Origin: Desulfobacterales bacterium
Lineage (GTDB): Bacteria; Desulfobacterota; Desulfobacteria; Desulfobacterales; UBA5616
NCBI GenBank assembly: GCA_046483495.1
Contig: JAWODC010000070.1
Location: forward strand, 64,001 to 128,000
Direction: 5' to 3'
Length of the DNA stretch: 64,000 nucleotides
In this document: positions 27,725 through 37,184 of the stretch, one piece after another
How positions within the stretch are numbered: the first letter of the stretch is position 1
How the letters are laid out: each line of letters starts with the position of its first letter
Program-made: the position numbers and the translations under genes
Notes under the pieces: generated by a model
What the model was told of the DNA's origin: nothing
Database searches by the model: none
What the model saw: the letters and a program-made list of their open reading frames with translations, nothing else

Positions 27725-30556
27725 ATGAAACGAGCTATTCTTATAAAGGTGTATGTTCTCATAGCGGTTTGTTTGGTGTCGATATCCCACGACGCCGCAT
27801 TTTCCCAGGAAATCATGCTGGATCACATGGAAAAATGCGGGGACCTGATCTGCTATCCCGCCATGAAAGATCCCAATTCCTATTATTATTTGCCGGATCA
27901 GCCCAGGTTGGCTTATAAAGACGGCAAGCCTCAGTTTTCATTTTTAAAATATGCGCAGACAAAGGAAACCGGAAAGGCCGGCACCGGACAGGCCGAGGGC
28001 GGCGGCATCATTCATTTTCTGGTCACCTACGGCGTTTCTGACAATCGGGTCAAACAGGCGGAAAGGCAATTGCAAAAACGCCATCCGGAAGCCATGATTG
28101 TGGGTCCAATCGTTTATCGCAGGGGCAATTTTGCCCTGATTACATCGTTTAAAGAAGGCAATGAGCTCACCACGAAGACGGTGGCGGTGGGCAAAGCCCC
28201 GTTAATGGAGGGCCAGAAAGCGGCGGTTTCCATGGCCCTGACCCGTGAGGGCGCAGAACTCCTCTGGGAGAGTTTTCGAACCGATACGCCGGACATTTCC
28301 CTGGTTTTTGACATGGCGTTCGCCGGCATTCGGGAACCCTATGAAGCCACCCTCGAAGCGAATTGGAGTCAAATCAGTAAGCATGACCGAATTAAAGCCG
28401 GTTTCCAATACAAATGGTTCGGTGCAGATGTGGATATTCTTTTCCAGGAATTGCGCCGGACCGGCGCCGTAAAAATCACCACCAAGGGTGAACAGGCGCT
28501 CATGGACAAGATGCTGGAAAGCGCCAATGAAAAGCTGTTAAAGGTCATGTTCGATCCCGTACAGGCCGATGACCTCACCCGGGCGGCTTCGGAAAGCGGG
28601 TATGACAGCCTGAACCAGGCGGCAAAAATGCTGAAAGATGCCGCAAGCTCCCGGCGCAGCAGTTCCGGCGGCAGCTCGGGCAGCGGTTCCGGCGCCCGAT
28701 CCTCCGAAAGCCGCCGCACCGGCAACAGCAAAGGGAATGGCGGGTTCTGGGCAGCAATATCTCATGTGGTTTTACCCTTGGCGAACGCTTTTCCAATCCC
28801 GGTGCAGCAGACCGTCGAGGATGAAACTCAGAGCACGGAAGGGGATGGTTCGGCGGACCAGGAAGAACATGTGTCCCGCGCAGCACGTCGGTTCGAAGAA
28901 GGGGTTTCCCTGTTTGACCAGGGAAGGTACCGGGAAGCCCTTCGAGCGTTTGAAGAAGCCGAGCAAATACATATTCAGGATACCGGAGGACCGTCCACCA
29001 GTGGAACCTCGCCATATAACATCGGCATGTGCCATTTGGAATTGGGCAATCTTCGCCAGGCCGAAAGAAACCTCGAGGAAGCGGTTCGCCGTTATCCTGA
29101 TGGAAGCCCGCAACAGCAAAGAGCCAGAGATGAACTGGAGCAATTGCGGGACCGGTTATCTTCCATGCGGCGGCCGGGCGGGTCTTCGGGAACCGATCAA
29201 ATTGCAGCTGTTGAGGATGCAGCCGCGGAATCGGCCGGTGAGGCCTACAGCCGGGCTCGCCGCCTTTATGAGGAGGCTCGTACCGGCGGATTCGAGGCAG
29301 GACCCACACGCACAGCGCTCGAGGCCTATGAGAGCTACCAGCGCGACCACCATCCAACCGGCACACGCGCCGATGAGGTCAACGGCCGCATTCGGATGCT
29401 GCAAACACGCCTTTTAGCTGCCGAGGCATCCGAAAGCCCCGCCATTACGGTCGGTGAATTGGATGCCCCGTCAACTGATCTGCCGAATCCATTTGAGCAA
29501 GACAGGGATGCTACACAAACCTCAACCGGCGGGTCGTCAGACAGCTCGCCCTCATCCGGAGCTTCCGGATCCGGACAGCCGGAAACAGGTGCGCAAAGCT
29601 CAAGCACATCCAATTCTGGCTCCTCCGGGGCGGGTACTTCCAATAGCTCCGGATCGAGCAGTGGGGCGGCTACCGAATCCGGCTCATCCCCCGGAACCTC
29701 CGCCCGCCAGGCATCCTCTTCCCGCCGGACCAGGGCGGACGGATCGCCGGGGTTTTCCCTGGTGGCCTCCTACAAGATGAAACGGATCAAGCGTTCGGGA
29801 AAAATGGTCTACCACATGAATCATTTCCGAACCGAAACCCAGGCCTTTGCCATGGCCGAAAACATCGGGTCCATCTTTAAGAAATACGGCCGTGACAAGC
29901 GGGTTTTCAGGGCGGTCACCATCGATGATCCCGTCTTCAAACAGCGGGAAATCCGCGTCACGCTGGACGGGCAGGATGCCGCCACGTTCACGAAATACCT
30001 CAATTTTGTCACCGTAAAAATGAAAAAACGGCACCAGCGGGGCGATCTCACCACCGCAGAAATCGTGATTACACCGGACACATTCAGTGATTCAGGGAAT
30101 CATTTTTCCATGACCTACGGCTGGAAAAATGACGCCGATCGCACACGATGGCTGAATTACGAATACCAGGCCATCTGGTCGTTTCACGGAGGAGTGGAGA
30201 TGCGGTCCCCATGGATACAGACGGATTCCCCGATGCTTGCCTTATCCCCCCCGCACCGGTACCGCACCCTGTCCATCGAAGGGAACGGGGATGTGCTGTC
30301 CCGTGCCGGTGTCCGGCACGGTGTGGTAACGCTCTTATGCCGTATCGGGGATCGGTATCTTCAGCAGCGGGTGACGATTCGCAACAACGGCCCGGCGCCT
30401 TCCACGGTTCTGGAGGTTCCGGAAGATCCGAACAACCCCGAAACGAAAGTCGGGATCACCTGGTACCTCACAGAAAACCGGAAAGTGACCTCAGAAGAAT
30501 CCGGGTTCGAAGGAGACATTATATATTGGGACCAACTGCCCAAAGGAGGTATTTAA
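27725..30556 (+). CDS. Secreted paralog-family protein with internal TPR insert (operon gene 4, 943 aa)
   Basis: AAGGAGG before ATG 27725; signal peptide; YYYLPDQPR, GGGIIHFLV, GKAPLMEG, GAELLWES, DDPVFKQRE; TPR-like helices between Ser/Gly-rich linkers. Confidence 0.85.
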   Translation: MKRAILIKVYVLIAVCLVSISHDAAFSQEIMLDHMEKCGDLICYPAMKDPNSYYYLPDQPRLAYKDGKPQFSFLKYAQTKETGKAGTGQAEGGGIIHFLVTYGVSDNRVKQAERQLQKRHPEAMIVGPIVYRRGNFALITSFKEGNELTTKTVAVGKAPLMEGQKAAVSMALTREGAELLWESFRTDTPDISLVFDMAFAGIREPYEATLEANWSQISKHDRIKAGFQYKWFGADVDILFQELRRTGAVKITTKGEQALMDKMLESANEKLLKVMFDPVQADDLTRAASESGYDSLNQAAKMLKDAASSRRSSSGGSSGSGSGARSSESRRTGNSKGNGGFWAAISHVVLPLANAFPIPVQQTVEDETQSTEGDGSADQEEHVSRAARRFEEGVSLFDQGRYREALRAFEEAEQIHIQDTGGPSTSGTSPYNIGMCHLELGNLRQAERNLEEAVRRYPDGSPQQQRARDELEQLRDRLSSMRRPGGSSGTDQIAAVEDAAAESAGEAYSRARRLYEEARTGGFEAGPTRTALEAYESYQRDHHPTGTRADEVNGRIRMLQTRLLAAEASESPAITVGELDAPSTDLPNPFEQDRDATQTSTGGSSDSSPSSGASGSGQPETGAQSSSTSNSGSSGAGTSNSSGSSSGAATESGSSPGTSARQASSSRRTRADGSPGFSLVASYKMKRIKRSGKMVYHMNHFRTETQAFAMAENIGSIFKKYGRDKRVFRAVTIDDPVFKQREIRVTLDGQDAATFTKYLNFVTVKMKKRHQRGDLTTAEIVITPDTFSDSGNHFSMTYGWKNDADRTRWLNYEYQAIWSFHGGVEMRSPWIQTDSPMLALSPPHRYRTLSIEGNGDVLSRAGVRHGVVTLLCRIGDRYLQQRVTIRNNGPAPSTVLEVPEDPNNPETKVGITWYLTENRKVTSEESGFEGDIIYWDQLPKGGI

Positions 30557-30558
30557 GC

Positions 30559-32328
30559 ATGACTTGCTTACGCAAATTCTGGCGGATACTGCTATGCATA
30601 CTGATGCCGATGTTTGCCGGACCGGCATGGGCTCTTGTGAACTACGAAGCCGGCCAACTGGAACTGAACGGTATTTTACTGCTCCAGGATGCCGGGGATC
30701 CCGATGTTTATTATTATCTGCCGCCCGCCCCCCGGGTGTCTGAAAGAAAAGACGGTGGACTCGAGCTCTCCCTGGTGAAATTCATCGACCCAAAAGGGGA
30801 CACCAGCGGCGGACTTCTGCATATGCTGGTGACGTTTACGCTGCCGGAAGATGAACTGAAGAATCTTCGGGAAGCATTGAAACAGGAAAACGGTAAAGCG
30901 CGCATCGCCGGACCGATTCCGCTGCACCAGGACGAAGAAGGCAGCTTTACGATTATTTCCGGATCGTTGTCGGACAAGGGATTTACCCGGAGTCTCATCA
31001 GCAGCGGCCGGGCACCGGTAACCCCGGGTTCGAAGGCTGCCGTGGCGGCGACACTGAGCCCCCATGGGGCGACCCTGTTGTGGGAATCGCTGTCCAAACC
31101 CACTTCGGATGTTTCAGTGGCCCTGCGAACCTATTATGAAGCGGTTCTGCCGTCTTTTCAGGCCAAAATAAGCGCCGAAATCAGTACGGTTTACGAGCAT
31201 TTTTCCCGGGTGAAAAATCGACAGGAAAATTATACCAAGCGCCAGCTCAGGGACATCATGGATGAACTTGTCAGAGAAGGCGTTATTCATGTGGAGATTT
31301 TTGACCGGCTTCCCGAGGATGCGGCCGCCAAGGCCATGCAAAACCTGGTTGATCTGGCAACCACAAAATTAACGGAAATCATTTTCGATCAGCAAACCGG
31401 GTTTACGGCCATTCCGGAAAAGGAGCAGGCCGTGGAGTCCGGACAAATCGCCGGCCGACAGAAAAAAGGATGGCTGGCAAGGCTGTTTACGAGTTCCGGC
31501 AACCAGAAATACTACACAGACAATCAGTACGTTCTAAAAGAGCGCTCCGACGTCAACAGGGCCGTATTTCATATCAATTTAACCCGCCGCGCCGTGGTGA
31601 AGGTGCCGATGGATACGGCGGGAAACATTTCAGGGCTTTACCGCGAATTTAGAGAAAATCCGGAAATGTTTCGGGTGGTGAACCTTGCCGACCCGGCTTT
31701 CCAAAAAAGGGAAGTCTATTTCCACATCGACGGTGATTTCTCCGGTGTGTTCGAGGACATGATGAACTACGCCGGTGTTTCCATTTTGAAAACCTATAAC
31801 GATCATGAGGATGCCACCGGAGAACTGATTTTTACCCGGGAAGATATTCGGGAAGGAAGATTGAGCAAATCCTGGCGATATGCAAGACTGGGTGAGAAGG
31901 ACGACGCCTGGCTCGATTACGGGTATCGCACCACGTGGAGCCTGCAGGGCCGCAACCGTATCACGTATCCGAAAAAAGAAGGCGAATGGATAAAAAGCGG
32001 CGATCCTATCATCACCATAGCGCCGCCATTGGCCCGAATGGATCTGGAGCTGGACGCAGACCGATTTCTTTTCGAAGATGCAGGTATTCGCAGTGCAACC
32101 GTAGAAGTCAAATACAAGATGTTCAACAAGGAATTGCCGCCCAGGCGCCTGGCGGTCATGCGGGTTACGGATGCGGAGTCGGTTTCGAAATCGGTTGTAT
32201 TTCATGATCCCGGAGAACCTGTCTTTTACCGCGTGAACTGGTATGCTTCGAAAGGTCAACCGATTAAGGGGGAATGGCAAAAGCTCGAAGGGACCTATCT
32301 CGTTCTCATGCCGCCGGAGCAGTTTTGA
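30559..32328 (+). CDS. Secreted paralog-family protein (operon gene 5, 589 aa)
   Basis: True start ATG 30559 after AAGGAGG; signal peptide (..PAWA|L); YYYLPPAPR, GGLLHMLV, GRAPVTPG, GATLLWES, ADPAFQKRE. Confidence 0.85.
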   Translation: MTCLRKFWRILLCILMPMFAGPAWALVNYEAGQLELNGILLLQDAGDPDVYYYLPPAPRVSERKDGGLELSLVKFIDPKGDTSGGLLHMLVTFTLPEDELKNLREALKQENGKARIAGPIPLHQDEEGSFTIISGSLSDKGFTRSLISSGRAPVTPGSKAAVAATLSPHGATLLWESLSKPTSDVSVALRTYYEAVLPSFQAKISAEISTVYEHFSRVKNRQENYTKRQLRDIMDELVREGVIHVEIFDRLPEDAAAKAMQNLVDLATTKLTEIIFDQQTGFTAIPEKEQAVESGQIAGRQKKGWLARLFTSSGNQKYYTDNQYVLKERSDVNRAVFHINLTRRAVVKVPMDTAGNISGLYREFRENPEMFRVVNLADPAFQKREVYFHIDGDFSGVFEDMMNYAGVSILKTYNDHEDATGELIFTREDIREGRLSKSWRYARLGEKDDAWLDYGYRTTWSLQGRNRITYPKKEGEWIKSGDPIITIAPPLARMDLELDADRFLFEDAGIRSATVEVKYKMFNKELPPRRLAVMRVTDAESVSKSVVFHDPGEPVFYRVNWYASKGQPIKGEWQKLEGTYLVLMPPEQF

Positions 32329-32431
32329 AAATGATGAGGATAGCATTTTGAGCAGGCCCCGACGTTCAGGATGATGGGCACTCTTATTTCTCCTGCCGAG
32401 GCAGGGACCGGAGGAAAAAAAGGAGGGAAGG

Positions 32432-34426
32432 ATGATGTTTCGTTCTTTAAAACGTGTCGGCACACTATCGATTATGGTTGCAGCGATTGCCCTGCCCGTG
32501 GGGCATGCATCGGCGGCACTTGATGCATTCAAGAATCAACACATCAAACATATCCAGAAATTGAAGCCCTTGAACATAAAGCCGGCATTGAGGATGCCTT
32601 CCGCAGCTGCCGTCAGAGAAGTCGGCGGTGTCCAGTATGGCCGCCATGTGGATGTCAAGCTAAAAGACGGCACCACGGTTCGGTGTTTTCCGGCCGCCGT
32701 AAATGATCCGGAAAAAACGAGCAGCAATTACTACTACCTGCCGACCCAGCCCCATGTCTCAACCCATGCGGATGGGCTGCCGAAGTTCTCGATGATTCGC
32801 TTTGTCACGGATAAATCCAAGGAAGCCGGAGGTGCCGAGGGAGCAGTTCTTCACTTTTTGGTGGAATACGGCCTGGACCAAAAACAGGTGAATGAAACGG
32901 CCAAGCTTTTGAAGGCCAAGGTAAAAGGTGCTGTTTTGAAAGGAGCTGTTCCCCTGGAAGTAGGTGCCGAAGGCAACAGCTTTAATGTGATCTCAGCTGT
33001 TTTGGGTGATGATGCATTTACGCCGACACTGATCACCAGCGGTAAAGCTCCCGTCATGGAGGGGCAGCAGGTGGCGGTTGCCGCCCGACTGGATGCGTAT
33101 GGGGCGACCCTTCTGGCGGAAGGTTTTAAAGACCCTACATCCCAGGTTTCGGTGGCCTTTGATTTGAAGTATATGGTAAAACTTCCGGCTTATGATGTAA
33201 AGGTCACCATCGATTATGATAAATATCACGAGGTGGAATCCGAATATACCCATGAACGCCATAAAACCGTAAACAGAAAAAGATACTGGAACCCCAAATG
33301 GTACAACCCCCTCAAGATCAGTACGAGAAAAACCACCACCCTGACGGAAAAGGAGCAGAATCAGATGATGGATTTTCTCACGGAAAGCGGGGTCGTGACC
33401 TTCGAATATATTCAGCATGTGCCTGACAGCGATAAGGAGATTGTGGATAGCGGGCTGCATAAAATCGTTCTCGAATCTTTTTTTGACATGCAAAAGCGAT
33501 TGGGAGAGCCTACGGAAGAAGAATTGACTTCCGATGAAGAAACCGAAGACAAGGAAGTGGTTGCTGCGCGAAGAAAGGAAGCGGCAAAACACAACCACTA
33601 TTCCTATACTGTTTTTCAGCGAAAAGAAATTCGACGAAAATCCAAACAGGTGCTGAACCTGAAAAAAGTGATCGCCCGCTATGAAACCTACACGATGACC
33701 GGCAATATCGGGGCGTGGTACATTGATTTTAAAGACAATCCCAAACTGGTTTCGGAAGTCAACCTGGATGACCCCTTTTTCCAGCGACGTGAAATGCGGT
33801 TCGTTATCGACAACGAGGCCTACGATATTTTCACCGAGATGGTGAATTACGCCACAATTCAGGTTCGGGTGCCCAGAAAGGGCCAGCGCCCCTTCATCGA
33901 TGAAATGACGATTGACCGAAAATACCTGGAATCCAACGGTCAGACCGCTACACTGACGTACGCCCGCATGGGGGATGATGCTCAAACCTATGATTATGCG
34001 GTGCAGTGGAGCCTGCGTGGCGGACATCTGTATCCGGAACAGCCCCAGTGGAACCAGGGTGAGCTCATGGCGGTAACCTTGTCCGCCCCCGTGCGCCCCC
34101 GCACGCTGGAGGCGGAAGCGGATTTGGGGGAACTCGAAGACCTGGGCATCGCCCGGGTCAGCGTCGAGTTGAAATACAGCCAATTCGGAAAAACCAAAAC
34201 GGATGCCAAGGCGCTGTCCCTTTCACCTTCGGTCGGTGAGCCCATGGTGAACAAGGTGATTTACCAGGATGTGGGCAGCGACAAGCTGTCCTATCGCCTG
34301 ATCTATCACCACAAGAAAATGGGAAAAATGGTTCAGGATGGCTGGCAGCCGGTTCAGGGGGATTATATCTACTGTGCGCCAACGGAAATGGTTGTCGAAA
34401 AGATCAGGAATGCTTTAAGTAGTTAG
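32432..34426 (+). CDS. Secreted paralog-family protein (operon gene 6, 664 aa)
   Basis: Signal peptide (..HASA|A); YYYLPTQP, GAVLHFLV, GKAPVMEG, GATLLAEG, DDPFFQRRE. Confidence 0.85.
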   Translation: MMFRSLKRVGTLSIMVAAIALPVGHASAALDAFKNQHIKHIQKLKPLNIKPALRMPSAAAVREVGGVQYGRHVDVKLKDGTTVRCFPAAVNDPEKTSSNYYYLPTQPHVSTHADGLPKFSMIRFVTDKSKEAGGAEGAVLHFLVEYGLDQKQVNETAKLLKAKVKGAVLKGAVPLEVGAEGNSFNVISAVLGDDAFTPTLITSGKAPVMEGQQVAVAARLDAYGATLLAEGFKDPTSQVSVAFDLKYMVKLPAYDVKVTIDYDKYHEVESEYTHERHKTVNRKRYWNPKWYNPLKISTRKTTTLTEKEQNQMMDFLTESGVVTFEYIQHVPDSDKEIVDSGLHKIVLESFFDMQKRLGEPTEEELTSDEETEDKEVVAARRKEAAKHNHYSYTVFQRKEIRRKSKQVLNLKKVIARYETYTMTGNIGAWYIDFKDNPKLVSEVNLDDPFFQRREMRFVIDNEAYDIFTEMVNYATIQVRVPRKGQRPFIDEMTIDRKYLESNGQTATLTYARMGDDAQTYDYAVQWSLRGGHLYPEQPQWNQGELMAVTLSAPVRPRTLEAEADLGELEDLGIARVSVELKYSQFGKTKTDAKALSLSPSVGEPMVNKVIYQDVGSDKLSYRLIYHHKKMGKMVQDGWQPVQGDYIYCAPTEMVVEKIRNALSS

Positions 34427-34568
34427 ACCAACCAGAAATGAGAAAATTCGATTCCGTTCAAGGCGGCCGGTAAATTTTAACCGCAGGAATACATTGAGTA
34501 TTTTGAGGATTAAAATTTCCCGGCCAATGCAGAAATGGCGCGAATCAGCCATTTATGAATGGACACTG
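34424..34568. repeat. ~145-bp nested-hairpin repeat, copy B
   Basis: Near-colinear with copy A (AAATGAGAAAATT..GTTCAAGGCGG..GCAGGAATAC..GTATTTTGAGGATTAAAATTT..GAAATGGCGCGAATCAGCC); begins at the TAG stop of operon gene 6. Confidence 0.85.
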
Positions 34569-34634
34569 ATATGGAAGCAGAAGCCGAACTGTGTCCCCCC
34601 TTTTCGGGGACGTCTATCTCACACGGAGGCATTT

Positions 34635-36068
34635 ATGGCATTTTCGGAGTATTACGCATACGACGGGGTGGGTCTTGCCGAGTTGGTGCGAAAACGGGAA
34701 GTGTCACCTTCTGAACTGGTGGAGGAGGCTATTGCGCGCATCGAGCGCCATAATCCCAGACTAAACGCCGTTACTTACAAAGCCTTCGATGAAGCGAGAA
34801 CCGCCGCGAAGAGGGAATTGCCCGACGGGCCTTTTTCCGGCGTCCCCTTTCTCATCAAGGATATCGACCTGCCTGTCAAAGGATGGCCCATGACAAACGG
34901 CTCTGCATTTCTGGCCGGCAACGTGTCTCAGTACGATGCCGAGCTGACCCGACGGTATCGCGCATCGGGGGTGGTGCTGCTCGGCAAGACCAATACCCCT
35001 GAATTCGGGATTCCCGGCACCACTGAAGGGCGTTACCTGGGCATCTGCCGCAATCCCTGGGACCCCGATTACAGTTCGGGGGGCTCGTCCGGCGGTGCGG
35101 CCGCCGCTGTCGCTTCCGGAATGGTGCCGATGGCCCATGGCAGCGACGGTCTCGGCTCCATCCGCATTCCAGCGGCCCAATGCGGGCTTGTCGGGCTGAA
35201 GCCGACGCAGTACCGCACGCCCGGCGGCCCGGATGACCGCAACCGTGCTCACGGGTTTGTAATCGATCACGTGCTGACACGAACCGTGCGGGACTGCGCG
35301 GCCATGCTGGACTGGACCGGTTATCCCGAAGATGACGCCCCTTATGCCCCGCCTCCGAAATCGGGGCCCTACATCGAGGAGATCAAAACCCCTCCGGGAA
35401 AATTGCGCATCGGCTTTTCCGTGGAGAATCCATCCGGTACGCCGCTCGATGGCGATGTCAAACGCGTGTTCGACGAAACGGTGTCGCTGCTTGGCGAGCT
35501 TGGATATATCATGATCGAAAAGCCGACATTCGGCATCGACTGGGTTTCGCTTTTCATGGCACAGGCCTGTGTTTCCGGGACGATATTCACGGCCACCCTG
35601 GAAAATTGGAAACAGGTCCTGGGCCGTGAACCCGGAGAAAACGATCTCGAACCCCTCGCCCGGACAAGTTATGAATCCGCACGAAAACTGACGGCTTCGC
35701 AGATCGGCTGGGGAATGCAGACGCTGCGCATGATGACGCGACAGATATTGGCGATGTGGCGGGAATTCGATGTGCTGCTGACACCGGTCACCATTACGCC
35801 GCCGCCGCCCCTCGGCTTTCTCGACCCGGTAAACGTGGAACCGGCGGAGTTCAATCACCGACAGGCACGGATATACGGCTACACCCCACCCTTTAACATG
35901 ACAGGACAGCCCTCCATATCACTACCCCTGGGATGGTCGAAAGACAATCTGCCGATCGGGATGATGTTTACCGGCCGCTACGGAGACGAAGCGACGCTTT
36001 TCCGGCTGGCAAGCCGGCTTGAAGAGGCCAGGCCGTGGAAAGACAAACACCCGCAGATTTGGGGATAG
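34635..36068 (+). CDS. Amidase signature-family enzyme
   Basis: Start ATG 34635 after GGAGG; GVPFLIKD, GKTNTPEFG, GGSSGG, GSDGLGSIRIPA motifs. Confidence 0.9.
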   Translation: MAFSEYYAYDGVGLAELVRKREVSPSELVEEAIARIERHNPRLNAVTYKAFDEARTAAKRELPDGPFSGVPFLIKDIDLPVKGWPMTNGSAFLAGNVSQYDAELTRRYRASGVVLLGKTNTPEFGIPGTTEGRYLGICRNPWDPDYSSGGSSGGAAAAVASGMVPMAHGSDGLGSIRIPAAQCGLVGLKPTQYRTPGGPDDRNRAHGFVIDHVLTRTVRDCAAMLDWTGYPEDDAPYAPPPKSGPYIEEIKTPPGKLRIGFSVENPSGTPLDGDVKRVFDETVSLLGELGYIMIEKPTFGIDWVSLFMAQACVSGTIFTATLENWKQVLGREPGENDLEPLARTSYESARKLTASQIGWGMQTLRMMTRQILAMWREFDVLLTPVTITPPPPLGFLDPVNVEPAEFNHRQARIYGYTPPFNMTGQPSISLPLGWSKDNLPIGMMFTGRYGDEATLFRLASRLEEARPWKDKHPQIWG

Positions 36069-36235
36069 GCGCCAACCCGTGGGAACCCAGGTAAACTTCT
36101 ACGATCGGTATTATTTCAACGGATACGCACGAGATGGGGAATACTTCTTTTCGGTGGCCATGGGCATCTATCCCTACCGGAATATCATGGATGCATCCGT
36201 TAGCATTATTCTCGATGGCACCCAGCAGTGCCCAT
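36069..36235 (+). pseudogene. Fragment of a conserved hypothetical gene (no start, truncated)
   Basis: Protein-like segment NFYDRYYFNGYARDGEYFFSVAMGIYPYRNIMDASVSIILDGTQ directly after the amidase stop, lacking its own start and degenerating afterwards. Confidence 0.45.
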
Positions 36236-36307
36236 CCGGACGATACGGCTGGATGGTATGCCCGGCTTCTACCGGGAAAGGTGAAGATAACCAAAACGAG
36301 GTGAAAA

Positions 36308-37117
36308 ATGACACATGTCAGGGACTTGTTTAATTTGGATGGAAAAGTGGCACTGGTTACGGGCGGCAGCCGGGGACTCGGCTGGTTTGCCGCCGAAGGA
36401 TTGGCTGAGGCCGGTGCCGATGTGGCGATCTGCGGCAGAAATGTACAGGGAAACCTCGAGGAAGCTGCCGGAAACCTTAGGGCCATTAGGGCCACCGGCC
36501 GGAATATTCTGGCCGTTAAAGGGGACGTGTCCCGGGAGGAGGATGTCCTCGAGATCGTAAGGCAAGTGAAGGAGCATTACGGCCGATGCGATATTTTGGT
36601 CAACAGCGCCGGTATTGGAGCCATGGTTCCTTCCGTTCAAATGGACTCCGAAGCCTGGATCCATATGATGAACGTCAATCTGCTGGGGACATTCCAATGC
36701 TGTCGGGAGATCGGCAAGATGATGATCGAGCAGAAATCCGGCAGCATCATCAATTTTTCAAGTGAAAACGGGCAGGTCGGTTTTTCTGTCGGAATGACCG
36801 CCTATGCCGTTACCAAAATCGGCATCGTCGGCATGTCGCGTTCCCTGGCCGTGGAATGGGGCAAATACGATATTCGGGTAAATGCCCTCCTTCCGGGCAA
36901 CATGGAAGAAGGCATGATGGAAGCGCTTAAAGACAAAAGCAGCCCGTTTTATCAAATGGCCGGGGAGCCCCTGTTGAACATGACGCCGATCCGCAGATTC
37001 GGAAATGGCGATGATATCAAAGGCGCGGTGGTGTTTCTGGCATCGGATGCGTCACGGTATGTATCCGGTGCAAAAATCGTTGTGGACGGCGGATTTACCA
37101 TCAATTCGGGATTCTGA
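36308..37117 (+). CDS. Short-chain dehydrogenase/reductase
   Basis: TGGSRGLG, NSAG, YAVTK, VDGG motifs. Confidence 0.9.
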   Translation: MTHVRDLFNLDGKVALVTGGSRGLGWFAAEGLAEAGADVAICGRNVQGNLEEAAGNLRAIRATGRNILAVKGDVSREEDVLEIVRQVKEHYGRCDILVNSAGIGAMVPSVQMDSEAWIHMMNVNLLGTFQCCREIGKMMIEQKSGSIINFSSENGQVGFSVGMTAYAVTKIGIVGMSRSLAVEWGKYDIRVNALLPGNMEEGMMEALKDKSSPFYQMAGEPLLNMTPIRRFGNGDDIKGAVVFLASDASRYVSGAKIVVDGGFTINSGF

Positions 37118-37184
37118 TGAGATTATGACCAATGATTGAAAAAATATAACGAGCAATCGGAAAAAGACGGCAAGGAGAAGGCAC

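Noticed and set aside
30148..30558. N-terminal 137 aa of the 726-aa ORF-track entry
   Set aside because: Overlaps gene 4 in another frame; the real start is ATG 30559 with AAGGAGG and a signal peptide.
34494..34634. ORF extensions and short ORFs reading through the hairpin repeats (also 3951-4241 and 38904-39092)
   Set aside because: Shared peptides such as ILRIKI.RP..KWRESA are translations of the non-coding repeat, not a protein family.
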